A stretch of 64,000 bases of DNA from Acidimicrobiales bacterium (GCA_038255145.1 JBBSLP010000017.1:17153-81152), one strand, 5' to 3'. Counted from the first letter of the stretch, positions 49,602 through 60,561 are shown. Notes: a model not told the origin generated them from the letters alone. Numbers and translations: made by a program.

Positions 49602-52439
49602 GTGATCGGTCGTCGCGGGTTGGTCGGCGGGCGCGTCCCCCGCCCGGCGGCGGCCCTGTGGCGCCGGCGGGTGCGGGCCGCCGCGGTCGACGACACCGCG
49701 GCCAGCTCGGCCCGGACCACCGTCGTGGTGGCCACCCGGCCCGGCGACGAGGTGCTGGGCTGCGGCGCCGTCCTGGCTCGCAAGCGGGCCTCGGGCACGA
49801 CCGTGGACCTGGTGGTGGTGACGGACGGACGCCACCTCAACCCCAGCCTGGTGCTCACCCCGTCGGCCCTGGCCGACCGGGTGGGTGTCGAGACCCTGGA
49901 GGCGGCGGCCATGTTGGGCATCGACGCCGACCACGTCCACCGCCTCGGGTTCGAAGAGGGGCGGCTGGGGGCCAGCGCCGCCGAGCTCGAAGCCGCACTG
50001 GCCTCCCTGCTGACCGAGCTCGACCCGGCCGAGGTGCTCGTCCCCTCGCCCCACGAGTTCGACGTCGACCGCCGCCACGTAGCCGCCGCGGTGGGGCGGG
50101 CGCTCGACCGGGGCGCCCGCGTCCGCCTCGTGCTGGGCTACGGGATGGACAGCTGGGTCGATCCCGTGCCTGCGCTGACGGCCAGGCCGCCGGTGCACCG
50201 CCTCGTGCGGGCCGACCGGTTCCTCCACCTGCAGCGGGCCGCCCTGGCCCGCCACCGGTCGCGCACGTCCAACCCCACCGGCGAGCTGGGCTGGCGCACG
50301 CCCGACCGGGCCACCCTGGCCCTGTTCGACACGGCCGAACAGGTCCTGGTGCCGCTGAGAGCGGCCGAGCTGGTGGCCGGCGACCCTGGTGGGCCCGGTG
50401 GGCCTGGCGACCCCGGTGGGTCCGATAGGCCCGGTGGGCCGTCGGCGGGTTCCGGCCCGGCCGCCCCCGCCCGCAACGGTCCCCCCATCGACGGCGTGGT
50501 CGATGCCTTCCACCTGCTCACCGATGACGGTGACGACGTGGCCGCCGGTGCCGTGATCGGCTCACGCGCTCCGTCGGGGGCCACCCGCCTGGGGGCCGAC
50601 GCCGAGGCGACCGTGGCCCTGACCGGCGGTCGCCTGCGCCTCGGCCACCTCGACACGCCGGGCTGGGGCCGCCAGGGCGTGGCCTACGGCCCCTTCGTGC
50701 GCCGCCCGGGCCTCACCTTCGCCGCCCGGGTCACCAACTCGCACCACAACGCCCACACCGACCCTGCGCCCCGGGGACCCCGCTCGGCCCTGGCCGCGCT
50801 GCGTCGGGACCGCGACCTCAGCGTCCTCCTGCGGCCGGCCATCGACGACAACCTGATCCTGGGCCTGCTCTCCCATCCCGTGCCCGACGGACCGCACGGA
50901 GCGGGCAACGCCTTCGTCGCGCACGCGGCGGGCCCCGTCAACGGTCAGCTGCGGGCCGCGGTGTCGGGCCGGGCCGCGCCCGTGGTCGACGGGGTGCAGG
51001 AGCTGACCCTCACCTACGTGGTCGTGCTCCGCGAACGGGGGGCCACGTACTACCTGTCGGGTCCCGAGGCCGGCGCCGGGGTGTCGCCATGGCCGTGGAT
51101 GCGTCCGGTGGCCGTCGACCTCGAGGACTCGACACCCCTGGTCTACGGCGGCATCCACCAGGCCGTGCACGACGAGTACGGCTACGAGACGGCCACCATC
51201 GTCGACAGGGTGCTGGTCGTGCCCCTCGACGCGTCCGCCGTGCCCACCCCCCGGCGCCTCGACCTGCTCGATGGTGCCGTCGGCGCCGGTCACGGCGACG
51301 GCGACGACATCGACCGGAGCGAAGCCCTCGTCGAGCTCGACGGCCCGGTAGGCCTGCTGCACGCCGTGGTGGGCACGGCCGCCGTGCTCGACGACACCAC
51401 CACGGTCGGTCTTCGCTGGCGCACCGACGCCGCCGGCCAGGACGGCTGGCGGCTCGTCGTGGGCCGCGACCGGGCCGAACTGGCCGTGGGCCACGGCGGG
51501 GTCTGGCAGGTCGTGGTCGAGGGCCGTTGCCACCTGCCCGCCGCCCACCAGGGAGCCCTGCAGGTCCTCGACGACGGGGCGAGCATCAGCGTGCACCTGG
51601 ACGGTGTGCGCCTGTTCGACGGTCCGGTGCTCGACCCTCGCCACGGCGCGTCGTGCCACGTCGGCGTGGTCGGGGGTTCGGGCGGGGCCAGGGTGCGGCG
51701 CCTCGAGGCCCATCCCCGCCAGGTGCCCGTGCCCGCAGCCCTGGGCCTGGGCGCGCCGTGGCAGGACCAGGGCACCGTCGTGGTGGCCCGGGACCACTTC
51801 GAGGGACCGGCCGGTGCGCTCGACGAGGTCGGACGACCGCACGGCCTGGGCTGGCAGCGGAGCCTGGGCACGGGCCGGTTGGAGCTCAGCGGGGCCGGGT
51901 CGCTGCGGGTGGGGGCTGACCGGGCCCGGCCCAACCCCGATCGCACCGCGTACACCGTGGCCTGGGCCCACCCCGACCTGGCCGACGTGGAGGTGGCCGT
52001 GCTGCCGCCGGGCACGGCCCGCAGCCAGGGCCACGGCAGCCGCGGCGGCCTGGTGCTGTGGCAGGACGAGGCCAACTACCTCGTCGTCAACGTGTGGCTC
52101 GACGACTCCCCCCACCACGATGGTTCGGCCGTCAGCTTCTTCTTCCACTCCGCCGGCCACGAGCGCATGGCCGACGCCCTGTGGACCAACGTCGGACGTC
52201 AGGTCACCTGGGGTCGCCGCATCACGTTGCGCCTGATCAGCGACGGTGACCACGTGACCGTCCTGCTCGATGGCGCGGCCGTGCTGCAGCGTCGGCTGAG
52301 CGACGTCCACCCCGGCGTGGCCCCCCTGCGCATCACCCGGGTCGGCATCGTCGCCAACCAGGAGTGGGGCGACGACACCGGTACCACCTTCTTCGACTTC
52401 ACCGCGCGCCACACCGCAACAGGAGCAGATCGACCGTGA
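49602..52439 (+). CDS. Degenerate PIG-L/LmbE deacetylase domain fused to a large beta-rich domain of unknown function
   Basis: VVATRPGDEVLGCG (canonical HPDDE), VVVTDG; Gly/Pro linker; C-terminal region rich in beta-strand-like, Trp/Gly segments. Confidence 0.65.
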   Translation: MIGRRGLVGGRVPRPAAALWRRRVRAAAVDDTAASSARTTVVVATRPGDEVLGCGAVLARKRASGTTVDLVVVTDGRHLNPSLVLTPSALADRVGVETLEAAAMLGIDADHVHRLGFEEGRLGASAAELEAALASLLTELDPAEVLVPSPHEFDVDRRHVAAAVGRALDRGARVRLVLGYGMDSWVDPVPALTARPPVHRLVRADRFLHLQRAALARHRSRTSNPTGELGWRTPDRATLALFDTAEQVLVPLRAAELVAGDPGGPGGPGDPGGSDRPGGPSAGSGPAAPARNGPPIDGVVDAFHLLTDDGDDVAAGAVIGSRAPSGATRLGADAEATVALTGGRLRLGHLDTPGWGRQGVAYGPFVRRPGLTFAARVTNSHHNAHTDPAPRGPRSALAALRRDRDLSVLLRPAIDDNLILGLLSHPVPDGPHGAGNAFVAHAAGPVNGQLRAAVSGRAAPVVDGVQELTLTYVVVLRERGATYYLSGPEAGAGVSPWPWMRPVAVDLEDSTPLVYGGIHQAVHDEYGYETATIVDRVLVVPLDASAVPTPRRLDLLDGAVGAGHGDGDDIDRSEALVELDGPVGLLHAVVGTAAVLDDTTTVGLRWRTDAAGQDGWRLVVGRDRAELAVGHGGVWQVVVEGRCHLPAAHQGALQVLDDGASISVHLDGVRLFDGPVLDPRHGASCHVGVVGGSGGARVRRLEAHPRQVPVPAALGLGAPWQDQGTVVVARDHFEGPAGALDEVGRPHGLGWQRSLGTGRLELSGAGSLRVGADRARPNPDRTAYTVAWAHPDLADVEVAVLPPGTARSQGHGSRGGLVLWQDEANYLVVNVWLDDSPHHDGSAVSFFFHSAGHERMADALWTNVGRQVTWGRRITLRLISDGDHVTVLLDGAAVLQRRLSDVHPGVAPLRITRVGIVANQEWGDDTGTTFFDFTARHTATGADRP

Positions 52440-53284
52440 CCACCCCTGCGACCCGCCACTCGACCGCTCCAGGCCGCCTCACCCCGTCGCTGGACCAGCT
52501 GATGCAGGTGGCCCAAGAGGGCGCCGCCGCCTACGCCTCGGCCCAGCCCTACCCCCACGCGGTGATCGACGGCCTGTTCTCCACCGAGGCCCTGAGGGCC
52601 GTGGCCACCGAGCTGCCCCCGCGCAGCGCTGCGGGGTGGACGACGTGGGACACCACCAACGAGTGGAAGCACGTCTTCGACCGGCCCGAGTTCTTCGGGC
52701 CCAACGCCCGGCGTCTGGCCGACGACCTCAACAGCTCCGAGTTCGTGCGCTTCCTCGAGCGGCTGACCGGCATCGACGCCCTGGTGCCCGACCCCCACCT
52801 GACGGCGGCGGGCTACTTCGACGTGCGCACGGGCGGGTTCCTCAACGTGCACGTGGACTTCGCCCGCAACCCCAAGCTGTCCCTGGTGCGCCGGGTCAAC
52901 GTGCTGGTGTACCTCAACGAGGGCTGGCAGGAGGACTGGGGCGGCCTGCTCGAGCTGCGGGGGCGCCTCGACGGCGGGGTGGTGCAGTCCATCCTGCCCG
53001 TGCTCAACCGCATGGTGGTGTTCTCGACCCCGGGTGCGGCCCACGGGCACCCCCGGCCGGTGGCCGCCCCCGAGGGTCGCAGTCGCCTGTGCTTCTCGGC
53101 CTACTACTTCACCAGCCCTGACCTGCCCGATTCCCCCTTCGAGCGCCACGGCGTGCTCTTCAGCGAGGCGGGTGACGAAGGCCTGTCCGGTACGGTGCGC
53201 CGCTTCGTCCCGCCCATCGCCATCGACGGGGCCAAGGCCGTCCGCCGGCGCTACCGGCGGTCCCGGGGCAGTCGGCTCAGGTGA
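52436..53284 (+). CDS. 2OG-Fe(II) oxygenase
   Basis: PYPHAVIDG, HVDF (HxD), RRVNVLVYLN, WGGLLEL, HGHP, R.CFSAYY; GTG overlaps the upstream stop. Confidence 0.85.
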   Translation: MTTPATRHSTAPGRLTPSLDQLMQVAQEGAAAYASAQPYPHAVIDGLFSTEALRAVATELPPRSAAGWTTWDTTNEWKHVFDRPEFFGPNARRLADDLNSSEFVRFLERLTGIDALVPDPHLTAAGYFDVRTGGFLNVHVDFARNPKLSLVRRVNVLVYLNEGWQEDWGGLLELRGRLDGGVVQSILPVLNRMVVFSTPGAAHGHPRPVAAPEGRSRLCFSAYYFTSPDLPDSPFERHGVLFSEAGDEGLSGTVRRFVPPIAIDGAKAVRRRYRRSRGSRLR

Positions 53285-53573
53285 GGACGATGCCGTCGTG
53301 GCCGCCGTGGCCGTTGGGCTCGAAGGCGTCGGCGTCGGTGTCGTCGAACCAGTCGCCGTTGGCGGTCACGTAGCGGAAGCGGGCCCTGGCCCCGGTGGGG
53401 AGCTCGACGACGCAGGACCGCCGCCCGTTGGCCCGCTTGCGCAGCGGGTGCCGGTTCGGCTGCCAGCCGTTGAAGTCGCCCACCACGCTGACCCGGTCGG
53501 CCGGCTCGCCGACGGGCAACGAGAAGGTGACGCGCACCTGCTGCTTCAGGGGCTTGGGGGTCTTGTTGATCAC
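53277..53573 (-). CDS. Isoamylase early-set (CBM48-like) domain protein
   Basis: VTFSLP, VSVVGDFNGW, FRYV...W..D..AD....N..GG. Confidence 0.82.
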   Translation of the reverse strand: MINKTPKPLKQQVRVTFSLPVGEPADRVSVVGDFNGWQPNRHPLRKRANGRRSCVVELPTGARARFRYVTANGDWFDDTDADAFEPNGHGGHDGIVLT

Positions 53574-53785
53574 CGGGGGGATCCCTTCGTTCGGCGGTCG
53601 TCTGCCTACGGGGCGCGATTGTCGCGTCGCCTAGCGGCGCGGACGCGGATCCCCGGCAACCCCTTGCGGGGCCGCGAACGTCGTGGGACCATGCGGCACG
53701 CGAGCCGAAGGCTCCTCGCCCGATGCAGCGTGAAGTGCTCCGCTGTGCTCCCGGACCGGTGTCCTGCGAGACCTTGAGGTGCGAG

Positions 53786-55264
<1,479 letters not shown>

Positions 55265-55804
55265 TCAACGCGGTCTGGGGGCCTCGCAGCCGGCGGCGAT
55301 GCGGTACTGGCCCCGGGCAGGGCGCTCGGCTCGGCCTTCGTCGACCTCGTGACCCAGGGCGTCGGCCAAGACCTTGACCGGGTGGGCGCCGGCCACCCCG
55401 TACCCGTGCAGGTGGAGCAGGGCGTGCAGGTCGGGCAGCGAGAGCGGTCCGCAACGCTCGAGCAGCTCCAGGCTGACGGCGCGGAGCGGTCGCCCCCACA
55501 GCCACGTGGTTCCTTCAGGCAGCGGGGGCAGGGGATCGACGAGTCGGCCAGGTCGGGGCCGGCGCCCCTGGGACCAGAGAGCGGCCGGCCACAGTTCGTC
55601 GCGCAGGGTCTCGAGCTGCTGGACGATTCGTTGGCGATCGCGAGCCCGGTCGGCCAGATCGATGTCCGCTTCTGCCAGTTCGTCGAGCAGCCGGGCGCGG
55701 TTGCCCAGGCGGGTGACCCGCACCAAGGGGTCGCGGGATCGGGCTGTCTGGCGGATGGCCACGATGGCCGGCGGGTCGGTCGGGAGAGGGATCGTCGCGT
55801 CCAT
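55265..55804 (-). CDS. Hypothetical protein with a C-terminal winged-helix-like segment
   Basis: Coiled-coil-like middle; GPLSLPDLHALL...GY.V....VK.LADAL..EV..GR..R..RG.Y resembles a wHTH; RBS agga upstream. Confidence 0.55.
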   Translation of the reverse strand: MDATIPLPTDPPAIVAIRQTARSRDPLVRVTRLGNRARLLDELAEADIDLADRARDRQRIVQQLETLRDELWPAALWSQGRRPRPGRLVDPLPPLPEGTTWLWGRPLRAVSLELLERCGPLSLPDLHALLHLHGYGVAGAHPVKVLADALGHEVDEGRAERPARGQYRIAAGCEAPRPR

Positions 55805-55867
55805 GGCCGTTCGTCCTGTGTCAGGTGCCGCAGAGCGTCGAGTAGGTCGACGCGACCGTTGCCCCCC

Positions 55868-55890
55868 ATCTTGCGCCGGGGGTGTGACAA
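55868..55890 (-). promoter_or_regulatory. RecA-NDp/PafBC-like promoter motif
   Basis: Minus strand TTGTCA-cac-N8-CAAGAT, with the spacing of the mycobacterial tTGTCRgtg-N8-TAnnnT motif. Confidence 0.4.
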
Positions 55891-55950
55891 CGAAGGGCGA
55901 GGCGTCGTGTGACCTGCGATTCCGCCAGCCAGGGGTTGTTCGTCGGGGCG

Positions 55951-55986
55951 CTGTTCAGGCGAATCGACATCGATTCGCCTGAACAG
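55951..55986. repeat. Perfect 17-bp inverted repeat with 2-nt spacer
   Basis: ctgttcaggcgaatcga-ca-tcgattcgcctgaacag. Confidence 0.9.
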
Positions 55987-56061
55987 GCGCAGACCCTGGG
56001 GGGTCCGGACGCAGGGGGGTCTGGACGATGCAGGGCGTCGGCAGGTTCGGAGGCGGCGCAT

Positions 56062-56105
56062 GTCAAGTTGAGTTGACGGCGAAGGCACTGTCAATGTACG
56101 TTGAC
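56062..56105. promoter_or_regulatory. Two GTCAA-N6-TTGAC palindromic operators upstream of an HTH gene
   Basis: gtcaa-gttgag-ttgac (56062-56077) and gtcaa-tgtacg-ttgac (56090-56105), the second ending 4 nt before the ATG. Confidence 0.65.
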
Positions 56106-56109
56106 GCTC

Positions 56110-56319
56110 ATGGATGTGGGCACCTTGACGACTGCGGTGGGGTCCGATGACCCGGCGGTGGGGCTACGGGCGGTGGTCGCCCTCCGCCGCCTCGCCGACC
56201 GCCTCGAAGCCCAACACGTGACCCGGGCCCGCACGCTGGGCTGGTCGTGGGAACAGGTCGGTGACGCCCTGGGCACCACCCGCCAAGCCGCCCACCAGAA
56301 GCACGGCAAGCGGCGATGA
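56110..56319 (+). CDS. Small helix-turn-helix protein (Clp-N-associated)
   Basis: DPAVGLRAV.ALRRL.DRLEA..V.RAR..GWSW.QVG.ALG.TRQA.HQKH. Confidence 0.8.
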   Translation: MDVGTLTTAVGSDDPAVGLRAVVALRRLADRLEAQHVTRARTLGWSWEQVGDALGTTRQAAHQKHGKRR

Positions 56320-56557
56320 AGGCCGTCCCGCGTCTGCGCCGCCGCCGTTTCGGCAACACCGTGCGCCAGGCCGTGCTGGCGGGCTCGGCCGAGGCCCGCT
56401 CCCGGGGTGATGCCCACCTGGGCACCGAGCACACCTGCTGCTGGCCGTGGCCACCGCCCCGGCGCCCGATCCCGGTGCCGACCTGCTGCGCCACCTGGGC
56501 GTCGACGCCGGACGGCTCCGGGACCGCCTGGGCCTGGGTCTGGCCGATGCCAGCTGA
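56316..56557 (+). pseudogene. Stand-alone Clp N-terminal domain protein with an apparent 2-nt frameshift
   Basis: EAR.RG...LGTEH, then an extra 'ac'; the shifted frame continues LLLAV...GADLLRHLGVD..RLRDRL to TGA at 56555-56557. ATG overlaps the HTH stop. Confidence 0.65.
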
Positions 56558-56559
56558 GC

Positions 56560-57057
56560 TCAGCCGTCGAGGAACGCGGCGATTGCCGGATCGAGGCGCA
56601 GCTCGGCCACCTCGGCCGGAGACGGCAGCTGGGGCCGGTCCCGGCGACGGTTGACCGTGCACAGGAAGCCCAGGGGCTCCTCCGCCCCGGCCCGGAACTG
56701 GTGCCAGGCCAGGGGAGGCACGCCCACCAGGTCGTGGAGGCCGACCTCGAAGACCTGGTCAGCCACCAGCGCGTGACCCGAGCCCCGCAGGATGACCACG
56801 TTGTGGACGTGCTCGTGACGCTCCAGGGTCGACCACCCACCGGGGGCGACCTCGAAGTAGCGCAGCTCGCACTCGAGCCCGGGGTCGTCGAAGAGCACCT
56901 GGCGGGTCACGTCGCGGAACGGCGCCGACCCCTCGTCCTTGTACTCGAGCAGTTCGACCTCGGCCCAGCGGTGGCCGCCCTCGTGGGCGCGGTGGGCTGA
57001 GGGCGGGACGGGCTCGGCCCGGTGGACGGCGGTGGCGGGCGTGGTGGAGGAGGCCAT
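56560..57057 (-). CDS. Cupin protein resembling methylthioxylulose-5-phosphate methylsulfurylase
   Basis: W..V.LLEYK.EGSAPFRDVTRQVLF, LRYFEVAPGGWSTLERHEHVH, WHQFRA, PLGFLC.V...RDRPQLP. Confidence 0.8.
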   Translation of the reverse strand: MASSTTPATAVHRAEPVPPSAHRAHEGGHRWAEVELLEYKDEGSAPFRDVTRQVLFDDPGLECELRYFEVAPGGWSTLERHEHVHNVVILRGSGHALVADQVFEVGLHDLVGVPPLAWHQFRAGAEEPLGFLCTVNRRRDRPQLPSPAEVAELRLDPAIAAFLDG

Positions 57058-57098
57058 GGCCAGCGGGGCTCCCGGTGCAGGGGGGACAGCGGAACGGT

Positions 57099-58217
57099 TC
57101 AGGTGGCGTGCTCGGCCACCAGACGGGTGACCTGTCGGGTGGCCTCGACCAGGCCGTCGCCGGTGGCCAACAGGGTGCCGCCCAGCACGAGCACGGTATC
57201 GGTGCCGTAGGTGTCGAGCAGTTCGGGCACCCGTTCGAGCGTCATGCCCCCCGCGGGGCCGGGCAGGGCCGGACGCAGGTGGGCCCAGGGTCGGCGGGCC
57301 TCCTCCGCCAGCCGCTCGCACTGCTCCCGGGTCCAGGCGAAGCGCCCGCCGTGGTTGGGGAAGATCACCGCATCGGTGCCGTAGAGGCGCATGAGGCGCC
57401 CGAACAGCAGGGGAGGATCGATGCGGGTGGCCCCGGAGAACGACGGGTGACCGAGCACGGCCATGCCCCGCAGGTCCTCGCGCACCAGGTCGGTGAAGGC
57501 GGGCAGGCCCACCAGCATGGGTGCCACCAGCACGACCTCGACACCGAGGTCGCGGGCCATGGCCACCTGACGCGACAGTTGGCGGGGGGTGCCCACCAGG
57601 CTGGGGGCGTAGCGCGTCGGCCGGCCGGTCTCCGCCGTGGCCCGGACCACCGCGGCCTGGCACGCGGCCACCCGCTCGGCGAACGGGGCCGCGTCCTGGT
57701 CGGCCAGGCCGTGGTCGTCCTTCACCAGGTCCACCCCGCCCAGGGCGAAGCGATGGCACAGGTCGGCCAGCTCGGCCGACGACGAGCCCTGGGGCTTGAG
57801 CACGGCGCAGGTCAGGGCCCGTTCCGGCGCCCCCACCAGGTGGCGTAGTCCGGCCACGCCCTGGGCCGGGCCGGGAAAGGATCCCAACAGCGCCGGCGGC
57901 AGCACCACGTCGACCAACTCCACGTCGTCCTGCATGGACACGTTGCCGAAGATCATGTTCAGCAGCTGGGTGGGGTCGGTGCCCACCGTCGAGGCGGCCA
58001 GCCCGATGCCCACGTGGAACCGCCCCGGGCCGGCAGGCTCGATGGAGCGGACCTGACCCACCACCTCGTCGAGGATGCGGCGGTCGGCGATGGCGCCCAC
58101 CGGCATCTCCACGCTCTGCTCGACGGCGATGGCCTGGGCCTTCGCCTCGATGGCGCTGGCCTCGACCGTGACCGCGTAGGTGACCTCGATCCGCTCCATG
58201 GCCCCAGCCTGGGTCAT
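57099..58217 (-). CDS. rlp: RuBisCO-like protein (form IV, KDDH type)
   Basis: A.AIAVEQSVEMP, QLLNMIFGNVS, PGP..G..GLR, LKPQG, GGVDLVKDDHGL, IFPNHGGRF, P.PAGGM; alternative start at 58199. Confidence 0.9.
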   Translation of the reverse strand: MTQAGAMERIEVTYAVTVEASAIEAKAQAIAVEQSVEMPVGAIADRRILDEVVGQVRSIEPAGPGRFHVGIGLAASTVGTDPTQLLNMIFGNVSMQDDVELVDVVLPPALLGSFPGPAQGVAGLRHLVGAPERALTCAVLKPQGSSSAELADLCHRFALGGVDLVKDDHGLADQDAAPFAERVAACQAAVVRATAETGRPTRYAPSLVGTPRQLSRQVAMARDLGVEVVLVAPMLVGLPAFTDLVREDLRGMAVLGHPSFSGATRIDPPLLFGRLMRLYGTDAVIFPNHGGRFAWTREQCERLAEEARRPWAHLRPALPGPAGGMTLERVPELLDTYGTDTVLVLGGTLLATGDGLVEATRQVTRLVAEHAT

Positions 58218-58236
58218 GGGCGGCGGCCAGGGCCAG

Positions 58237-59535
58237 CTACGTCCCCGTCACCATGCCGGCGCCGACGGTGGCGTTGCTGGCGTCGTCGACGAGCAGGAAG
58301 CTACCCGTGGCCCGGCACTCGGCGTAGCGGTCGACGACCACGGGCTGGGCCAGGCGCAGCCGCACGGTGGCCAGGTCGTTGAGCTCGACCTGGGCGGGGC
58401 CCGCTTCGCGCTGGAGGGTGGCCACGTCCAGTCGGTCGACCAGGCCGCTGACCAGGGCCCGGGTTGCTTTGGAGCCGTGCAGGACGGTCAGGCGGTCCCC
58501 GGGGCGCAGGGGGCGGTCGGCGAACCAGCACACCGTGGCCTCGAGCTCGGAGGTGACCGTGGCCGGGTCCGACGCCACCGACAGCACGTCGCCGCGTCCG
58601 ACGTCGATGTCCTCGGCCAGCACCACGCTGACCGCGGCCCCCGTCTCGACCACGTCGACCTCGTGTCCACCGACCTCGACGGCCACCACGGTCGTGGTGC
58701 GCCCGCCGGGCAGGACCACGACCTGGTCACCGGCGGCCAGGTGCCCTGCGGCCAGGGTGCCGGCGTAGCGACGCCGATCGTCGGCCTCGCCGACGCGGGG
58801 GCGGATGATCCACTGCACGACCACCCGGGCCCCCGTCGACGTGTCCGCCGGCGGCTCGACGGGCACGGTCTCGAGGTAGCCCAGCAGGGTGGGTCCGGCG
58901 TACCAGGCCAGCTGGGGTGAGGGCTCGACCACGTTGTCGCCCAGCAGGGCCGACAGGGGGATGGCGCTCACCTCGACGAAGGAGAAGGGGTCGGTGACCT
59001 GGGCCAGCTCGGCCACGATCTCGTCGTAGCGGTCCTCGGACCACTCGACGAGGTCCATCTTGTTGACGGCCACCACCAGGCGGGGCACGCCCAGGGTGGC
59101 GGCCACGATGGCGTGGCGTCGCGTCTGCTCGGTGACCCCCTGGCGGGCGTCGACCAGGAGCAGGACGACATCGACGGTGGAGACCCCGGTCACCATGTTG
59201 CGGGTGTACTGGTGGTGCCCGGGGGTGTCGGCGATGACGAACTCGCGCCGGGGGGTGGCGGCGTAGCGGTAGGCCACGTCGATGGTGATGCCCTGCTCCC
59301 GTTCGGCTCGCAGGCCGTCGGTGACCAGGGCCAGGTCGAAGGCGTGGTGGCCTCGACGGGCGCTGGTGGCGGCCACGGCCTCGACCTGGTCGTCGAAGAG
59401 GGCCTTGGCGTCGTGCAGCAACCGCCCGATGAGGGTGCTCTTGCCGTCGTCGACCGAGCCGGCGGTGGCGAAGCGCAACAGGCCGACCGTTGCTGGCGGC
59501 GACGCCTCGCTGGTCGTGCCGGTCGGGTACGCCAT
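58237..59535 (-). CDS. cysN: Sulfate adenylyltransferase subunit 1 (GTPase)
   Basis: TAGSVDDGKSTLIGRLL, EREQGITIDVAYRY, ADTPGH, NKMD, TGSFLLVD...N.TVGAG. Confidence 0.95.
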   Translation of the reverse strand: MAYPTGTTSEASPPATVGLLRFATAGSVDDGKSTLIGRLLHDAKALFDDQVEAVAATSARRGHHAFDLALVTDGLRAEREQGITIDVAYRYAATPRREFVIADTPGHHQYTRNMVTGVSTVDVVLLLVDARQGVTEQTRRHAIVAATLGVPRLVVAVNKMDLVEWSEDRYDEIVAELAQVTDPFSFVEVSAIPLSALLGDNVVEPSPQLAWYAGPTLLGYLETVPVEPPADTSTGARVVVQWIIRPRVGEADDRRRYAGTLAAGHLAAGDQVVVLPGGRTTTVVAVEVGGHEVDVVETGAAVSVVLAEDIDVGRGDVLSVASDPATVTSELEATVCWFADRPLRPGDRLTVLHGSKATRALVSGLVDRLDVATLQREAGPAQVELNDLATVRLRLAQPVVVDRYAECRATGSFLLVDDASNATVGAGMVTGT

Positions 59536-60473
59536 CAGAAGTACCCCTCGCGCTTGCGGTCTTCCATGGCCGCCTCCGAGAAGCGGTCGTCGGCCCGGGT
59601 CGCGCCCCGCTCGGTGACGGTGGCCGCGGCCACCTCGGCGATGATCTCGTCGAGGTCGGCGGCGGCCGAGCGCACCGCTCCCGTGCACGTCATGTCGCCC
59701 ACGGTCCGGTAGCGGACCTGCTGGGTGCTGGCCACCTCGTCGGGCCGGGGCGGGGTCCACGGGCCGGTGGCCACCAACATCCCGTCGCGCTCGACGACCT
59801 CACGCTGGTGGGTGAAGTAGATGGACGGGACCTCGAGGTCCTCCGCCGCGATGTAGCGCCAGATGTCGAGCTCGGTCCAGTCCGACAGGGGGAAGGCCCG
59901 CACGTGCTCGCCGGGGTTGATGCGCCCGTTGACCAGCTGCCAGGGCTCCGGCCGCTGGGCCCGGGGGTCCCACTGGCCGAAGGCGTCGCGGAACGAGAAC
60001 AGGCGCTCCTTGGCCCGGGCCTTGTCCTCGTCGCGGCGGGCGCCACCGATGCAGCACTGGAAGCCGTGGGCGGTGATGGCATCGAGCAGGGTGGTGGTCT
60101 GCAGGCGGTTCCGGGACCCGGTGAGGCCGGGGTCGGCCACCCGGCCGGCATCGATGGACGCCTGTACCGAGGCCACGACCATGCGCTCATCGAGCTCGTC
60201 GACCCGACGGTCGCGGAAGGCCAGCACCTCGGGGAAGTTGTGGCCGGTGTCGACGTGCATGACGGGGAAGGGGAAGGGCCCGGGGCGGAAGGCCCGCTCG
60301 GCCAGGCGCAGCAGGACGATGGAGTCCTTGCCCCCGCTGAACAGCAGGACGGGACGGTCGAACTGACCGGCGACCTCGCGCATGAGGTGGACGGCCTTGG
60401 CCTCGAGCTCGGCCAGGGGGGAGGTGCGGGGGCGGGCCCGGTCGAGGGCGCCGAGGGTGTCGAGCATGGTCAC
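59535..60473 (-). CDS. cysD: Sulfate adenylyltransferase subunit 2
   Basis: LFSGGKDS, HVDTG, GGARRDEDKARAKER, RAFPLSDWTE, MEDRKREGYF. Confidence 0.96.
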   Translation of the reverse strand: MTMLDTLGALDRARPRTSPLAELEAKAVHLMREVAGQFDRPVLLFSGGKDSIVLLRLAERAFRPGPFPFPVMHVDTGHNFPEVLAFRDRRVDELDERMVVASVQASIDAGRVADPGLTGSRNRLQTTTLLDAITAHGFQCCIGGARRDEDKARAKERLFSFRDAFGQWDPRAQRPEPWQLVNGRINPGEHVRAFPLSDWTELDIWRYIAAEDLEVPSIYFTHQREVVERDGMLVATGPWTPPRPDEVASTQQVRYRTVGDMTCTGAVRSAAADLDEIIAEVAAATVTERGATRADDRFSEAAMEDRKREGYF

Positions 60474-60561
60474 GGGGTGGGCTCCTCAGGGATGAAGGTC
60501 GCCGGGCGATCGAGGGGGGCGGTCACGTGGTGGAGGCGTCTGGGCATCGGGCACGACCGAC

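Noticed and set aside
57099-58217. CO2-fixing RuBisCO
   Set aside because: Short, with KDDH and KPQG in place of KDDE and KPKLG; no rbcS or prk nearby.
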